Shown piece after piece: positions 9,064-20,367 of a stretch of 51,502 nt of DNA. The DNA is taken from contig CBDUYR010000020.1 of the NCBI GenBank assembly GCA_965371515.1, forward strand, positions 1 through 51,502, in the 5' to 3' direction. The DNA is from an uncultured bacterium. Its GTDB lineage: Bacteria; Krumholzibacteriota; Krumholzibacteriia; Krumholzibacteriales; Krumholzibacteriaceae. Each line of letters begins with the position of its first letter. The first letter of the stretch is position 1. A program made the translations under genes and the position numbers. The notes beneath the pieces are model-generated. The model was not told the DNA's origin, did no database searches, and was given only the letters and a program-made list of their open reading frames with translations.

Positions 9064-9483
9064 ATGGCCGGTCCGGGGGAAATCGTTACGAGGCGTAAAC
9101 GGGTTCTTTTCATGGACGATGAGGAGATGCTGCGCAGCGTCGTCTCCAGGATGCTTGAGCTCATGGGCTACGATGTCGCGTCCGCAGCCGACGGAGAGGA
9201 AGCGGTGCGGCTCTATATCGAGGCGGCGGAGAAAGGTTCCGGTTTCGATGTAGTCATCCTCGACCTGAGCGTGCAGAGGGGCATGGGTGGAAGGGATGCG
9301 GCTACGAAACTGATCGAGTACGATCCGGACGTCGTCGCGCTTGTCTCGAGCGGGTTTGTCGGCGATCCGGTATTGCAGAACTACCGCGAGTATGGATTCC
9401 GCGGCGTGATCCCCAAGCCGTACACCTCCGACGAACTGCGCGAGGGGCTCAGCAGGGTGCTCATCCCGAGAGTGTCTTCCTGA
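9064..9483 (+). CDS. Single-domain response regulator (receiver)
   Basis: VLFMDDE, VILDL (phosphoacceptor Asp), SSG, PKPY; GGAGG RBS. Confidence 0.92.
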   Translation: MAGPGEIVTRRKRVLFMDDEEMLRSVVSRMLELMGYDVASAADGEEAVRLYIEAAEKGSGFDVVILDLSVQRGMGGRDAATKLIEYDPDVVALVSSGFVGDPVLQNYREYGFRGVIPKPYTSDELREGLSRVLIPRVSS

Positions 9484-9622
9484 TATACTTGTCTAATCCC
9501 GCGAGATTATTCACAACCATTTCGATTCCATTGTTACTTTCGTTGTAATTTGTTGCCATTCGGTGACATCCAGCCCTCCATAACATCCTGGTTAAGATAT
9601 AGAAAAATAATTTTTCAAGGGG

Positions 9623-9652
9623 TTGACAAGGGCCTCTCTATCCTAGTATCGT
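9623..9652 (+). promoter_or_regulatory. Putative sigma70 promoter of gdhA
   Basis: TTGACA-18 nt-TATCGT with an AT-rich UP-like region upstream. Confidence 0.55.
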
Positions 9653-9724
9653 TCCTGTCCCGGTCGTTTTCAGCTGCCGGGATCATATCGTTCAAGAAGT
9701 GCCCCTCTGGGGCGAAATGCGTGA

Positions 9725-11092
<1,368 letters not shown>

Positions 11093-11121
11093 CGACGGGA
11101 CTCTGCTTTATGCAGACAGAC

Positions 11122-11150
11122 GGGCGGGCCATTCGGCCCGCCCTTTTTTT
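11122..11150 (+). terminator. Intrinsic terminator of gdhA
   Basis: GGGCGGGCC-ATTC-GGCCCGCCC-T7. Confidence 0.9.
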
Positions 11151-11174
11151 GTTGAATCTGATCCGGTCTGAATC

Positions 11175-13757
11175 CTATTTATTACCAAGCTCCGACTCAA
11201 GGGTGGCGATCCGGTCCCTCATGGCAGCGAGCTCACGCTCTACGCGTGCATCGTTGAGTTCCCTGGCTTCTCTCCGCTCGAGGGCCGGGTCCGAGTCGGA
11301 GGGCGAATCACCGTAACCGGCCGAGAGAGCATCGACCGGGCCATACGCCGTTGGGATATAGAGCGCGGTAAGAGAACTCTTCGTCACCGAGACCACGCCG
11401 GACAGCTCCGATCCGATCAGGTAATAGGTGAAGCTGCCCCCATCGGCCGCTTCGAAAAGGCCGTGGACCGAGATGGGAAAACTGTAAACTCCAGTCGCGA
11501 GGCCGGCGTCGAGTTTCAGCTCGTTGTCCTGAGCAGCCGGGAAGCTTGTCTCGTTGGCCGAAACACCGAAGCGTCCTGTATCACCGGTACCGGATGTGTG
11601 GTCGATCTGGACCTCGGCCGTTCCCCAGACGATGACGTATCCGGCCGCCGGTACAGTGATGGTCCTTCCCGCGACGGAGGTGATGCCCGTATCGAGGTTG
11701 TATACGGTAGTCCTCCAGTCGTATCCGGCCCCGGGCTCGTCGAGGATCTCCGGCGCCGAAAGTGCATCGGGGGGCAGCTCGACCGACGCGTCTCCTGATT
11801 CGCTCATGTCGAATACGGCCGATGTGCTCGCTCCGAAGATACTTACTTTTGTATCCTGGGTTCCGTTGTGATTGCCGTCGACGGTGAATCCGACTGAAGA
11901 GTTGTTTCTCCTCACCCAGATGAATCCACCCTCTCCGCTGCCGTCGCCCTCGAGGCTGACCGTTGTGTAGAGGCCTGTTTCATCGTAGGTCGTGAAGTTG
12001 CCCCCGACCAGGGTGTTCCAGGCGTACAATGACCTGTTGCCCGTCGTGCCATAGATCTCGAGCTCCGCCGATTCCGTTATCCTCATCGTGTTTACTCCGC
12101 CCGTCCTGAAGAGGATCGAGCCCGACGGCCTGTTGTTGTATATCGCCATCGCTCCGGAATAGGCGCCTGCGAACAGGTCATCGTAAAGACGGATTCCCGC
12201 GAGTGAGCCATTCTCGTCGATGAATGTGATCTGCTCTCCCGACCCGGATCCCGCGTTGGGATTCTCGATCCGGATTCCCATCCAGGCGTTGACGTCTTCA
12301 TAGATATGGAGGTTCTCAGCGGGTTCGGTCGTGCCGATACCGATTTCAGACCCATCGTTCCAGAAATTGCTGTCTGCGATCCACCCGCCGTCGTAGCGGA
12401 GCGTCTGGCCTATCGTCCCCGCCGGGAGGCCGCTTGCGGTAAGGGAGTTCCAGCTGCTGCCGTTATATCCTTCGAAATCGGCCCCGGTCCACTGGATCGT
12501 GCCGGCGTAATTACCGCCCGCGTTGTTGAGCCGTATCGCGCCCGGAAGATTCATCGACTCGGCGAGCGCGGCATTGCCGAAGGTTGTCCAGCCACCCGGC
12601 CCGACCCGCATCGACACTCCGAATCCCTGCAGCCACAGGTTCCAGCTGTACGACGAGTCGAGATAATGGTACCCGCGGAGGACGCTTTCTCTCAGGTACC
12701 CATATAAAGGAATGGCAGTCGCTGCCACCGAGTTTACATACAGCGACGAAAAACCCGAATCGTATCCGTCCAGTCTGAAACCGACCTGCCCCGAATTATT
12801 TACGATATGGAGCGGAACTGATGGCGATGCGGTCCCGATCCCGATGTTGGTACCGGTGTTGGTCAGGTTATCCGCCGCGACCCAGTCGGCTCCGTTGTGT
12901 CTGAGTGTGTTTGTCGAGCTGCCCGACGGCAGAGTGCTTCCGCCCCCGCTCGTCAGCGACTGCCATAGCGAGCCGTCGTATCCCTCGAAATCGGCGCCGG
13001 TCCAGCGGATCGTTCCTTCGTTCGTATTCGTCGTCGTGCCGAGCCTGATCGCGCCGTTGACGTCGAGTTCTTCAAGTGGCCCGAAAATGCCGATGCCTAC
13101 CTTGCCATCGCCGTCTATGCGCAGACGGGTGAGGTTATGTGTCATCAGCGACACGCCGCCATTCGTCAGCGTTCCGAGGGAAAAGTCGCTGCCGGCAGCA
13201 TGCCTGATCCTTGCTTCCGTCACTGTCGCCATCCGGAAATCGATGCGACTCTGGTTGCCTGTGTTCTGGATGAGCAGGGCTGGCGTGGTGGCGTCTGCGA
13301 TGCTTGTATAGATGTGAAGAGGAGCTTCCGGATTCATCAATCCTATCCCGACATCGCCGTCGGCCGGGAATATGTTGCTGACCCCGTATAATGCCCTGGC
13401 GCTGAACGCGTAGGCGTTCGCGGTAAAGATACGCCTCGGTGAAAGCTCTCCTCCCCCGTCGATCTCCAGGGCGAGATAGAGGGGCTTGTCGAAGGCTTCA
13501 TCGATGGGAATGTCGTGTCCGAGGGTCGTGTTGAATATGCCCTTGCTGACGTTGACGGGGATCGTTTCCTCCCATAGGTGCGATCCCCCGGACAGTACGT
13601 CGTAGAGCCTGAATGTCATGTTGTACGAGCCGTCCGATACGACGACGCCCATGTCGTCGGTGAGCACTCCCTGGTAGTTTATCAGTCTCGGGATCTGTCC
13701 CGATACCGGGACGGTGGCCAGCATGACGACTACGAGTATTAACAGTATCTTTTTCAT
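11175..13757 (-). CDS. Secreted fibre-like repeat protein (INYQG N-terminal domain, xGIG(T) repeats, C-terminal coiled coil)
   Basis: Signal peptide MKKILLILVVVMLATVPVSG; QIPRLINYQGVLTD; four VGIG/IGIGT motifs; terminal ELAAMRDRIATLESEL. Confidence 0.75.
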   Translation of the reverse strand: MKKILLILVVVMLATVPVSGQIPRLINYQGVLTDDMGVVVSDGSYNMTFRLYDVLSGGSHLWEETIPVNVSKGIFNTTLGHDIPIDEAFDKPLYLALEIDGGGELSPRRIFTANAYAFSARALYGVSNIFPADGDVGIGLMNPEAPLHIYTSIADATTPALLIQNTGNQSRIDFRMATVTEARIRHAAGSDFSLGTLTNGGVSLMTHNLTRLRIDGDGKVGIGIFGPLEELDVNGAIRLGTTTNTNEGTIRWTGADFEGYDGSLWQSLTSGGGSTLPSGSSTNTLRHNGADWVAADNLTNTGTNIGIGTASPSVPLHIVNNSGQVGFRLDGYDSGFSSLYVNSVAATAIPLYGYLRESVLRGYHYLDSSYSWNLWLQGFGVSMRVGPGGWTTFGNAALAESMNLPGAIRLNNAGGNYAGTIQWTGADFEGYNGSSWNSLTASGLPAGTIGQTLRYDGGWIADSNFWNDGSEIGIGTTEPAENLHIYEDVNAWMGIRIENPNAGSGSGEQITFIDENGSLAGIRLYDDLFAGAYSGAMAIYNNRPSGSILFRTGGVNTMRITESAELEIYGTTGNRSLYAWNTLVGGNFTTYDETGLYTTVSLEGDGSGEGGFIWVRRNNSSVGFTVDGNHNGTQDTKVSIFGASTSAVFDMSESGDASVELPPDALSAPEILDEPGAGYDWRTTVYNLDTGITSVAGRTITVPAAGYVIVWGTAEVQIDHTSGTGDTGRFGVSANETSFPAAQDNELKLDAGLATGVYSFPISVHGLFEAADGGSFTYYLIGSELSGVVSVTKSSLTALYIPTAYGPVDALSAGYGDSPSDSDPALERREARELNDARVERELAAMRDRIATLESELGNK
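12330..13055 (-). repeat. Internal duplication of a ~72-aa unit in the fibre-like protein
   Basis: GAIRL..GTI(R/Q)WTGADFEGY(D/N)GS.W.SLT..LP.G...TLR..G.W.A..N..N.G..IGIGT occurs twice (about 13055-12830 and 12545-12330). Confidence 0.8.
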
Positions 13758-13809
13758 CTCCGTTTTCCTTTCGTCCTCGTTCTTCGTGTTCATCAGGTGC
13801 ACTCCCGGC

Positions 13810-14610
13810 TCATCTCATCATTACAAGTTTTCTCGTCAGAGATCGCTTGCCGCTTATGAGACGGTAGAGGTAGATGCCGGATGATACCTTCCTTCCGGCG
13901 TCGTTGATGCCGTCCCAGTGGAGAGTGTGTCTGCCGCCATCCATCTGCTGGTCGGCCAATGTCCTGATCCTTCTTCCCTGAACGTCGAATATCTCCAGGC
14001 GGACCCTGTCGGGGCCCGGCATATAGAACGAGATCGAAGTCGAAGGGTTGAACGGATTCGGATAGTTCTGGTAGAGAGTCAGTGGTATCGAAGGCACCGA
14101 GATGACAAGGGTGAAGGAGAGGAATTCCCGGTCGTCCTGAACGCCCCCGACCTGGTAGGTATACGTCCTGCCGGGCAGCGCTGACTCGTCGAGGTAGATG
14201 TTCGTGCCCGAAGTCCCGAAGGGTTTATCGTTCAGTCTCTCGAACTGTTCGGGTTCTTCGCCTTCTCCCCTGTAGACGTTGAAGCCGTCGAGCGATCCTG
14301 CAGCAGCGGCTGTCCATCTCAGTTCCACCGCGCCGTTGCTCAGCATGCCGCTGAACGACGCGATCGCGACATCGACGGACGATGATATTCCTGCGATCTG
14401 CCAGAATCCCGGAAGGACCGTGTTGTCCGGCCCGGTCTTATAAAAAATTTGCATCTCGCCGACTGTGAACCATACGTTGTGGCTCCCGCTCGCAGTTCCC
14501 CCGCTGCTGCCTTGTACGTCGTGCGGCACCATATACTGTGCCGATACAACGACAGGACATAGCACGATCAGGGGGATCAGAGCGAGCAGTGCCCGTCTCA
14601 TCTCTCTCAT
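13810..14610 (-). CDS. Secreted protein with C-terminal FlgD-Ig/T9SS-like sorting domain
   Basis: GGAGGT RBS, signal peptide, FTVGE..GFWQ N-domain, Ig/Fn3-like domain, LYQNYPNPFNPSTSISF...SGIYLYRL...KLVMMR. Confidence 0.85.
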   Translation of the reverse strand: MREMRRALLALIPLIVLCPVVVSAQYMVPHDVQGSSGGTASGSHNVWFTVGEMQIFYKTGPDNTVLPGFWQIAGISSSVDVAIASFSGMLSNGAVELRWTAAAAGSLDGFNVYRGEGEEPEQFERLNDKPFGTSGTNIYLDESALPGRTYTYQVGGVQDDREFLSFTLVISVPSIPLTLYQNYPNPFNPSTSISFYMPGPDRVRLEIFDVQGRRIRTLADQQMDGGRHTLHWDGINDAGRKVSSGIYLYRLISGKRSLTRKLVMMR

Positions 14611-14726
14611 CGAGACCTCCCGTCTGAATTGTTGATTTTCCTCTGTTTTCAACCGCTTACAGGACAAGATTCCCACATATGGATATGAAGGCGCAAGGAG
14701 AAACCCGGTTAATAGCTAAGGATTGC

Positions 14727-14772
14727 TTGACATCAGGGCCTTCTCGTATTAGTATTAGTAATCGTTACTATT
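14727..14772 (+). promoter_or_regulatory. sigma70 promoter with overlapping PerR-type operator
   Basis: TTGACA (14727)-17 nt-TAGTAT (14750-14755); palindrome ATTAGTAATCGTTACTATT (14754-14772) of the AGTAA-n3-TTACT type. Confidence 0.8.
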
Positions 14773-14789
14773 ATAAAGTGGGAGTTGAT

Positions 14790-15203
14790 ATGAAATCCAC
14801 CCTGAGAATGACAAAGCAGCGGCAGGTGATCCTCGAGGAGCTGAGAATGATGCACACGCATCCCACCGCCGACGAGCTCTACGAGCGGGTCCGCGGCAGG
14901 CTTCCGCGGATCAGTCTCGGGACGGTTTACAGGAACCTCGAAAAACTCGCCGGTTCAGGTATAATCAGGAGGCTCGATTACTCGGGTTCCCAGATGCGGT
15001 TCGACGGGGACCTGCACGGCCATCAGCACATCAGATGCATTTCATGCGGGCGTATAGAGGATATCGAAGGAGCGCCGGAGCCGACCCGCTGCGACCATGA
15101 GCTGCTCGCCGGATCGGGATTCAGGCTCGTCGAGCGGAGAGTCGAATACGTCGGGGTCTGCCCCGAATGTGACGCGAGAGAAAAGGGGAATCAGTCAAGT
15201 TGA
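14790..15203 (+). CDS. perR: Fur-family transcriptional repressor, PerR-like
   Basis: RMTKQRQVILE, HPTADELY, ISLGTVYRNL, HQHIRCISC, CPEC; heads the peroxide-stress genes. Confidence 0.85.
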   Translation: MKSTLRMTKQRQVILEELRMMHTHPTADELYERVRGRLPRISLGTVYRNLEKLAGSGIIRRLDYSGSQMRFDGDLHGHQHIRCISCGRIEDIEGAPEPTRCDHELLAGSGFRLVERRVEYVGVCPECDAREKGNQSS

Positions 15204-16027
15204 GTATAACCGCCCCTGAAAGAAAGAAACTCGGGAGAGCCCTGGAGAAACTCTACGAGAGATACGAATGGAGAAGATATGTCGATCCCGACCCTCTTGT
15301 CTTTCTCTACGACTACCCGGATGTCCGCGACAGGGAGATAGTCGGCCTGATCGCATCGTCGCTCGCGTTCGGCGGGGTCAGGCAGATCATGGGGAGCGTC
15401 GAGAAGGTCATCTCGCCGATGGGCCGTTCGCCCCGCGAATTTGTTATGAACACTTCCCCGAAGCGCTTGGCGAAGATCTTCGATCGATTCAGGCACAGGT
15501 GGGCGACATCGGACGACCTTGTCCGGATGCTTACAGGCGTGCGATCGATGATAGAGAATCACGGATCGCTAGAGAAGGGATTCACGGCCGGGATGAACAA
15601 AAGCGACGATGATGTTATCCCGGCGATGACGAGGTTTGCCTCGGAGATCGTATGCGTCGGCAGCACGGCCGGGATCTGTCTCATACCAGATCCGTGTCGC
15701 AAGAGCGCCTGCAAGCGGCTTAACCTCTTCCTGCGCTGGATGGTCCGAATCGACCGCGTCGATCCCGGGGGCTGGAAAATGGTACCCGCCTCGAAGCTTC
15801 TCATCCCGCTCGATGTCCACATGTTCAGATTCGCTTCCCTGCTCGGCCTGACAGAGCGGAAGCAGGCCAATCTCGCGACGGCCAGGGAGATCACCGCTGA
15901 ATTCGCGAAGATGTCGCCGGACGATCCGGTAAAGTACGATTTCGCGCTCACCAGGCTCGGTATTAGGCGCGACGACGACCGCGGCGAACTGATGGCGAAG
16001 CTGGACATTGCCGCCGCGGTGAAATAG
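15200..16027 (+). CDS. TIGR02757/DUF2400 family protein
   Basis: DPL.F, SACKRLNLFLRWMVR.D.VDPG, IPLDVH, DPVKYDFAL; TTG start overlaps the perR stop. Confidence 0.88.
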   Translation: MSITAPERKKLGRALEKLYERYEWRRYVDPDPLVFLYDYPDVRDREIVGLIASSLAFGGVRQIMGSVEKVISPMGRSPREFVMNTSPKRLAKIFDRFRHRWATSDDLVRMLTGVRSMIENHGSLEKGFTAGMNKSDDDVIPAMTRFASEIVCVGSTAGICLIPDPCRKSACKRLNLFLRWMVRIDRVDPGGWKMVPASKLLIPLDVHMFRFASLLGLTERKQANLATAREITAEFAKMSPDDPVKYDFALTRLGIRRDDDRGELMAKLDIAAAVK

Positions 16028-16038
16028 ATGGAGTCATA

Positions 16039-17301
16039 ATGATTGAGTTTATTCAGGATATTCTGATGCAGACCTGGGAGACGCTTCGGGAGATGTCGCC
16101 CTTCCTGCTCTTCGGCTTCCTCATCGCCGGGATCCTCTACGTGTTCATCAAACCCGAGCTGGTCGAAAGGCACCTCGGCGGAAAGGGCATGTCCCAGGTC
16201 GTGAAGGCCTCTGTGCTCGGCGTGCCGCTGCCTCTCTGTTCGTGCGGCGTGATCCCCGTGGCCGCCTCGCTGAGGAGGCACGGTGCGGGAAAGGGAGCGA
16301 CGACATCCTTTCTCATCTCCACTCCTCAGACAGGCGTCGACAGCATCATGGTGACGCTGAGCCTGCTCGGGCCGGTGTTCGCCATCTTCAGGCCCTTCTT
16401 CGCTTTTATCAGCGGGATATTCGGGGGCACGCTCGTTAACGCCCTCGACGGGGATGATATGACAGGAAACAGCAATCCGCACCCGGTCTGCACAGAATGC
16501 GACAGCGACGGAGGTCACAGGAGCGCCGGCGTCCGGGGCGCGCTGAGGTACGGGTTCCACACACTTCCGAGAGATATTAACAGGGCCCTGATCATCGGGA
16601 TCATTCTTGCCGGGCTGATCGGCGCACTCATTCCCGACGACTACTTCGCTTCGATACTCGGAGGCGGGATCGTCGCAATGCTCGTGATGATGGCCGTCGG
16701 TATCCCGATCTACGTCTGTGCTACCGCATCGGTGCCGATCGCCGCCGTTCTTATAGCCAAGGGCATCTCGCCCGGCGCGGCGCTGGTCTTCCTGATGACA
16801 GGTCCCGCGACTAACGCAGCTACGATCATGACCATAGCGAAGGTAATGGGAAAGCGCACCGCTGCGATCTATCTCGGCGCGGTGGCGGTAAGCGCGATCG
16901 CCGGCGGACTGCTGCTCGACGCGATCTACCAGGCGGGGTCATTTTCGGGAGCGATGGAGCATCCGTGGATGCTCCCCGGCTGGCTGAAAAGTCTCAGCGC
17001 GTTCCTGATCACGGCGATCGTCATCGGTTCGTTCTTCCGCATTCCGTGGGAGAGGCCGGTCGAGATCGATATAGAGGATGGTAAAGGCATGAAACTGAAA
17101 ATCGAGGGAATGACCTGCGAGCACTGCGTCACGAGCGTGACGAAGGCGCTGAAGGAGAGCCGGGGCGTCGAGTCGGCCCTGGTCGATCTGAAGAGAGGAG
17201 AAGCTGTTGTAGCGGGCGGGGACATCGACTTATCCCTGCTCAGGGAGGCGGTAGAGAGCCTCGGATACAAGGTGACCGGATCGGACGATTCCGGGACTTG
17301 A
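16039..17301 (+). CDS. DUF318/ArsP (SO_0444-like) permease with C-terminal HMA domain
   Basis: PLPLCSCGVIP, FLISTPQTGVDS, PIYVCATASVP, multiple TM segments; C-terminal IEGMTCEHC. Confidence 0.88.
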   Translation: MIEFIQDILMQTWETLREMSPFLLFGFLIAGILYVFIKPELVERHLGGKGMSQVVKASVLGVPLPLCSCGVIPVAASLRRHGAGKGATTSFLISTPQTGVDSIMVTLSLLGPVFAIFRPFFAFISGIFGGTLVNALDGDDMTGNSNPHPVCTECDSDGGHRSAGVRGALRYGFHTLPRDINRALIIGIILAGLIGALIPDDYFASILGGGIVAMLVMMAVGIPIYVCATASVPIAAVLIAKGISPGAALVFLMTGPATNAATIMTIAKVMGKRTAAIYLGAVAVSAIAGGLLLDAIYQAGSFSGAMEHPWMLPGWLKSLSAFLITAIVIGSFFRIPWERPVEIDIEDGKGMKLKIEGMTCEHCVTSVTKALKESRGVESALVDLKRGEAVVAGGDIDLSLLREAVESLGYKVTGSDDSGT

Positions 17302-17353
17302 TAGATAGACCGAAGAGGGGTACACTGATTAACCCATTCCAGGAGGTAACAGA

Positions 17354-17926
17354 ATGTCATTGAAGGGTACGAAGACCGAGAAGAACATCCTCACCGCTTT
17401 TGCCGGCGAGTCGCAGGCTCGCAACCGTTACACGTTTTTCGCCAAGCAGGCGCGCAAGGAAGGGTTCGTCCAGATCTCAGACATATTCGAGGAGACTGCG
17501 AACCAGGAGAAGGAGCACGCCAAGAGGCTGTTCAAGCTTCTCGAGGGCGGAGAGGTCGAGATCACAGGATCGTTCCCCGCAGGTGTCATTGGCCCGACGC
17601 AGGAAAACCTGATGGAGGCCGCTGGAGGCGAGAATTACGAGTGGACGCAGATGTATCCCGGATTCGCCGAGGTCGCCCGTGAGGAGGGCTTCAACGAGAT
17701 CGCCGTGATCTTCGAAGCGATCGCTGTTGCCGAGAAGCAGCACGAGAAGAGGTACAACGACCTGAGGGGTAACATCGAGAACGGCACCGTCTTCAAGAAG
17801 GACAAGCAGGTCGTATGGCGCTGCCGCAACTGCGGCTACCTGCACACCGGCAAAGAAGCTCCGGAGAACTGCCCCGCATGCGCTCATCCGAAGGCGCACT
17901 TCGAGGTGCTTGGAGAGAACTGGTAA
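17354..17926 (+). CDS. rbr: Rubrerythrin
   Basis: [34 protein letters not shown]. Confidence 0.97.
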   Translation: MSLKGTKTEKNILTAFAGESQARNRYTFFAKQARKEGFVQISDIFEETANQEKEHAKRLFKLLEGGEVEITGSFPAGVIGPTQENLMEAAGGENYEWTQMYPGFAEVAREEGFNEIAVIFEAIAVAEKQHEKRYNDLRGNIENGTVFKKDKQVVWRCRNCGYLHTGKEAPENCPACAHPKAHFEVLGENW

Positions 17927-17989
17927 TAACGATAAAACGGACACGGTATATATACGGAAGCGATCCATTTAGAGTGAAAGGAGCCAGAG

Positions 17990-18367
17990 ATGGCGAAGAG
18001 ACTTGAAGTCTACAAGTGCGACATGTGCGGGAACATCGTCGAGGTGCTCCACGGCGGAGCGGGCAAGCTCGTCTGCTGCGGCCAGGAGATGAATTTATTC
18101 GAGGAGAAGACCGCCGATTCCTCGACCGAGAAGCATGTGCCCGTCATCGAGAAGATAGACGGCGGATACAAGGTCGTCGTGGGCAGCACGCTCCACCCGA
18201 TGGAGGAGAAGCATTACATCGAGTGGATCCAGCTGATATCGGGAGACACATCGATAAGGGCTTTCCTCAATCCCGGCGACGCGCCGGAGGCCGTCTTCAA
18301 GTGCGATTTCGACGATGTCTCGGCCCGTGAGTTCTGCAACGTGCACGGGCTGTGGAAGGAGGAATAG
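17990..18367 (+). CDS. dfx: Desulfoferrodoxin (2Fe superoxide reductase)
   Basis: [34 protein letters not shown]. Confidence 0.96.
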   Translation: MAKRLEVYKCDMCGNIVEVLHGGAGKLVCCGQEMNLFEEKTADSSTEKHVPVIEKIDGGYKVVVGSTLHPMEEKHYIEWIQLISGDTSIRAFLNPGDAPEAVFKCDFDDVSAREFCNVHGLWKEE

Positions 18368-18373
18368 AGAGAG

Positions 18374-18904
18374 ATGATCCCCGACAAGATCAACAAGGCT
18401 TTCAATGAGCAGATCAAGCATGAGTTCTACTCTGCATATCTCTATCTCTCGATGGCTTCGTGGCTGGAGACCGAGGGTCACGAGGGGATGGGCCGGTGGA
18501 TGCGCGTGCAGGCGATGGAAGAGATGACGCACGCAATGAAGTTTTTCGACCATATCCTCGAAAGAGGAGGCGAGCCCGAACTGCTAGCCATCGATAAGCC
18601 GACCGTGAAATGGGACTCGCCTCTCGCGGCGTTCGAGAACGCCCTCGCGCACGAGGAGTTCATCAGCGGGAAGATAAACGACCTGATGACCCTCTCGCTC
18701 GACGAGAACGACCATGCCTCCAGGACGATGCTCCAGTGGTTCGTCGACGAGCAGGTCGAGGAAGAGGACAATGCCTCGAAGAACGTCTACAACTTGAAGA
18801 TGGTCGGAGACAGGGGGCAGGGAATGCTCATGGTCGACCGGGAGATGGGCGCAAGGGTATTCAAGATCCCTCTCTCTCCCGAGTTCGGCAACTCGGCGGA
18901 GTAG
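18374..18904 (+). CDS. ftnA: Non-heme ferritin
   Basis: NEQIKHEFYSAYLYLSM, EEMTHAMK, HE, LQWFVDEQVEEE. Confidence 0.95.
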   Translation: MIPDKINKAFNEQIKHEFYSAYLYLSMASWLETEGHEGMGRWMRVQAMEEMTHAMKFFDHILERGGEPELLAIDKPTVKWDSPLAAFENALAHEEFISGKINDLMTLSLDENDHASRTMLQWFVDEQVEEEDNASKNVYNLKMVGDRGQGMLMVDREMGARVFKIPLSPEFGNSAE

Positions 18905-18949
18905 GGCCCCGACCTGAGAACCGTATTCAGATGAGGAAGGAACCCGACG

Positions 18950-20176
18950 ATGAAGGCATGCAGGGCTGTGAAGATCTCGGATAACGTCTACTGGGTAGGC
19001 GCGGTCGACTGGGATATCAGGAACTTCCACGGATATTCGACCGACCGTGGAACGACGTACAACGCCTACCTGATTATGGCCGAGAAGGTCACTCTCGTGG
19101 ATACCGTCAAGGCGCCTTTCCGCGAGGAGCTGCTTGCCAGGATCAGGTCGGTCATCGAGCCGGAGAAAATCGACTACATCATCTCCAATCACTCCGAGAT
19201 GGATCACACGGGCTGCCTGCCGGCGATGATCGATATCATCAAGCCCGAGGAAGTCTTTGCCTCGAAGAAGGGCGTCGAGGCGCTCGAGGCGCATTTCGGG
19301 CTGAAGGAAATCACTGCCGTCGATGACGGGGGCGAGATCGACCTCGGGAACATGAAGGTCACCTGCCTCGAGACAAGGCTCCTGCACTGGCCCGATTCGA
19401 TGGTCTCGTACCTGGCGGAAGACAAGGTTCTCTTCTCGCAGGACGGCTTCGGGATGCATCTCGCCTCGAACGAGAGGTTCGACGACGAGCTGGACGATTA
19501 CGTGCTCTACCACGAGGCGGCGAAGTACTTCGCCAACATACTTCTGCTCTATTCGCACATCGCCGGGAAGGTAATAAAGAGGATAGAGGAGAGCGGGCTC
19601 GAGATAGAGACGATCGCTCCCGACCACGGGCCGGTATGGCGCGCGAAGATCCCATGGATAATCGACCTGTACAAGAAGTGGTCGGCCAGGGAGCTGAAGA
19701 AGAAAGCGATCATCGTATACGATTCGATGTGGGACAGCACGCGCATGATGGCAAGGGCGATAGAGGACGGGCTGACCGAGGGCGGTGTGCACGTCAAGGT
19801 TCTCAATGCCACCGCGACCGGCCGTGCGGAGATCGTCACCGAGCTGTTAGACGCCGGCGCATTGATCGTCGGGTCGCCGACGCTGAACAACCAGATCTTT
19901 CCGACGATCGCCGACGTCCTCACATACATCAAGGGGCTCAAGCCTATGGGGCTCGTCGGCGCGTCGTTCGGTTCGTACGGATGGAGCGGCGAGTCGGTCC
20001 GTGTGCTGAACGCCTGGCTCGAGGAGATGAAGGTCGAGCTGGTGGGGGAGGGGGTCAGGGTCAACTATGTCCCGAAGACCGGTGACTTGGAGAGGTGCAG
20101 GCAGCTCGGTCTCGATGTGGCGAAGAGGATCAAGGATCTGCCCGATCCGCTGATAGTCACGAAGGTCTGCACCTGA
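18950..20176 (+). CDS. fprA: Flavodiiron protein (class A; O2/NO reductase)
   Basis: GTTYNAYL, NHSEMDH, LHWPD, SQDGFG, APDHG, flavodoxin domain YDSMWDST / GSYGWSG. Confidence 0.95.
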   Translation: MKACRAVKISDNVYWVGAVDWDIRNFHGYSTDRGTTYNAYLIMAEKVTLVDTVKAPFREELLARIRSVIEPEKIDYIISNHSEMDHTGCLPAMIDIIKPEEVFASKKGVEALEAHFGLKEITAVDDGGEIDLGNMKVTCLETRLLHWPDSMVSYLAEDKVLFSQDGFGMHLASNERFDDELDDYVLYHEAAKYFANILLLYSHIAGKVIKRIEESGLEIETIAPDHGPVWRAKIPWIIDLYKKWSARELKKKAIIVYDSMWDSTRMMARAIEDGLTEGGVHVKVLNATATGRAEIVTELLDAGALIVGSPTLNNQIFPTIADVLTYIKGLKPMGLVGASFGSYGWSGESVRVLNAWLEEMKVELVGEGVRVNYVPKTGDLERCRQLGLDVAKRIKDLPDPLIVTKVCT

Positions 20177-20227
20177 GCCGAAGGGTCCGGCAGCCCATTC
20201 CGGCACAGCAGCCATTAACGGTTTTAA

Positions 20228-20254
20228 CGGCCCCGGTTTATGCAACCGGGGCCG
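20228..20254. terminator. Hairpin after fprA, possible terminator
   Basis: CGGCCCCGGTT-TATGC-AACCGGGGCCG; no strong U tract. Confidence 0.5.
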
Positions 20255-20300
20255 CTCTGGTCAAAATTCCTGAAAAACCTCGATTTTCGGCCATTTGCAG

Positions 20301-20344
20301 TTGACAATACACTGCCCTCTCATTATATTGGTATATAAGTACCA
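20301..20344 (+). promoter_or_regulatory. sigma70 promoter with adjacent inverted repeat (likely Rrf2 operator)
   Basis: TTGACA-17 nt-TATATT (20301-20329); TGGTA-N6-TACCA (20329-20344). Confidence 0.65.
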
Positions 20345-20367
20345 CAATACTCATATAAGGAGATATC

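Noticed and set aside
11175..13757. Prophage tail-fibre gene
   Set aside because: Has a Sec signal peptide and no other phage genes, integrase or att sites nearby
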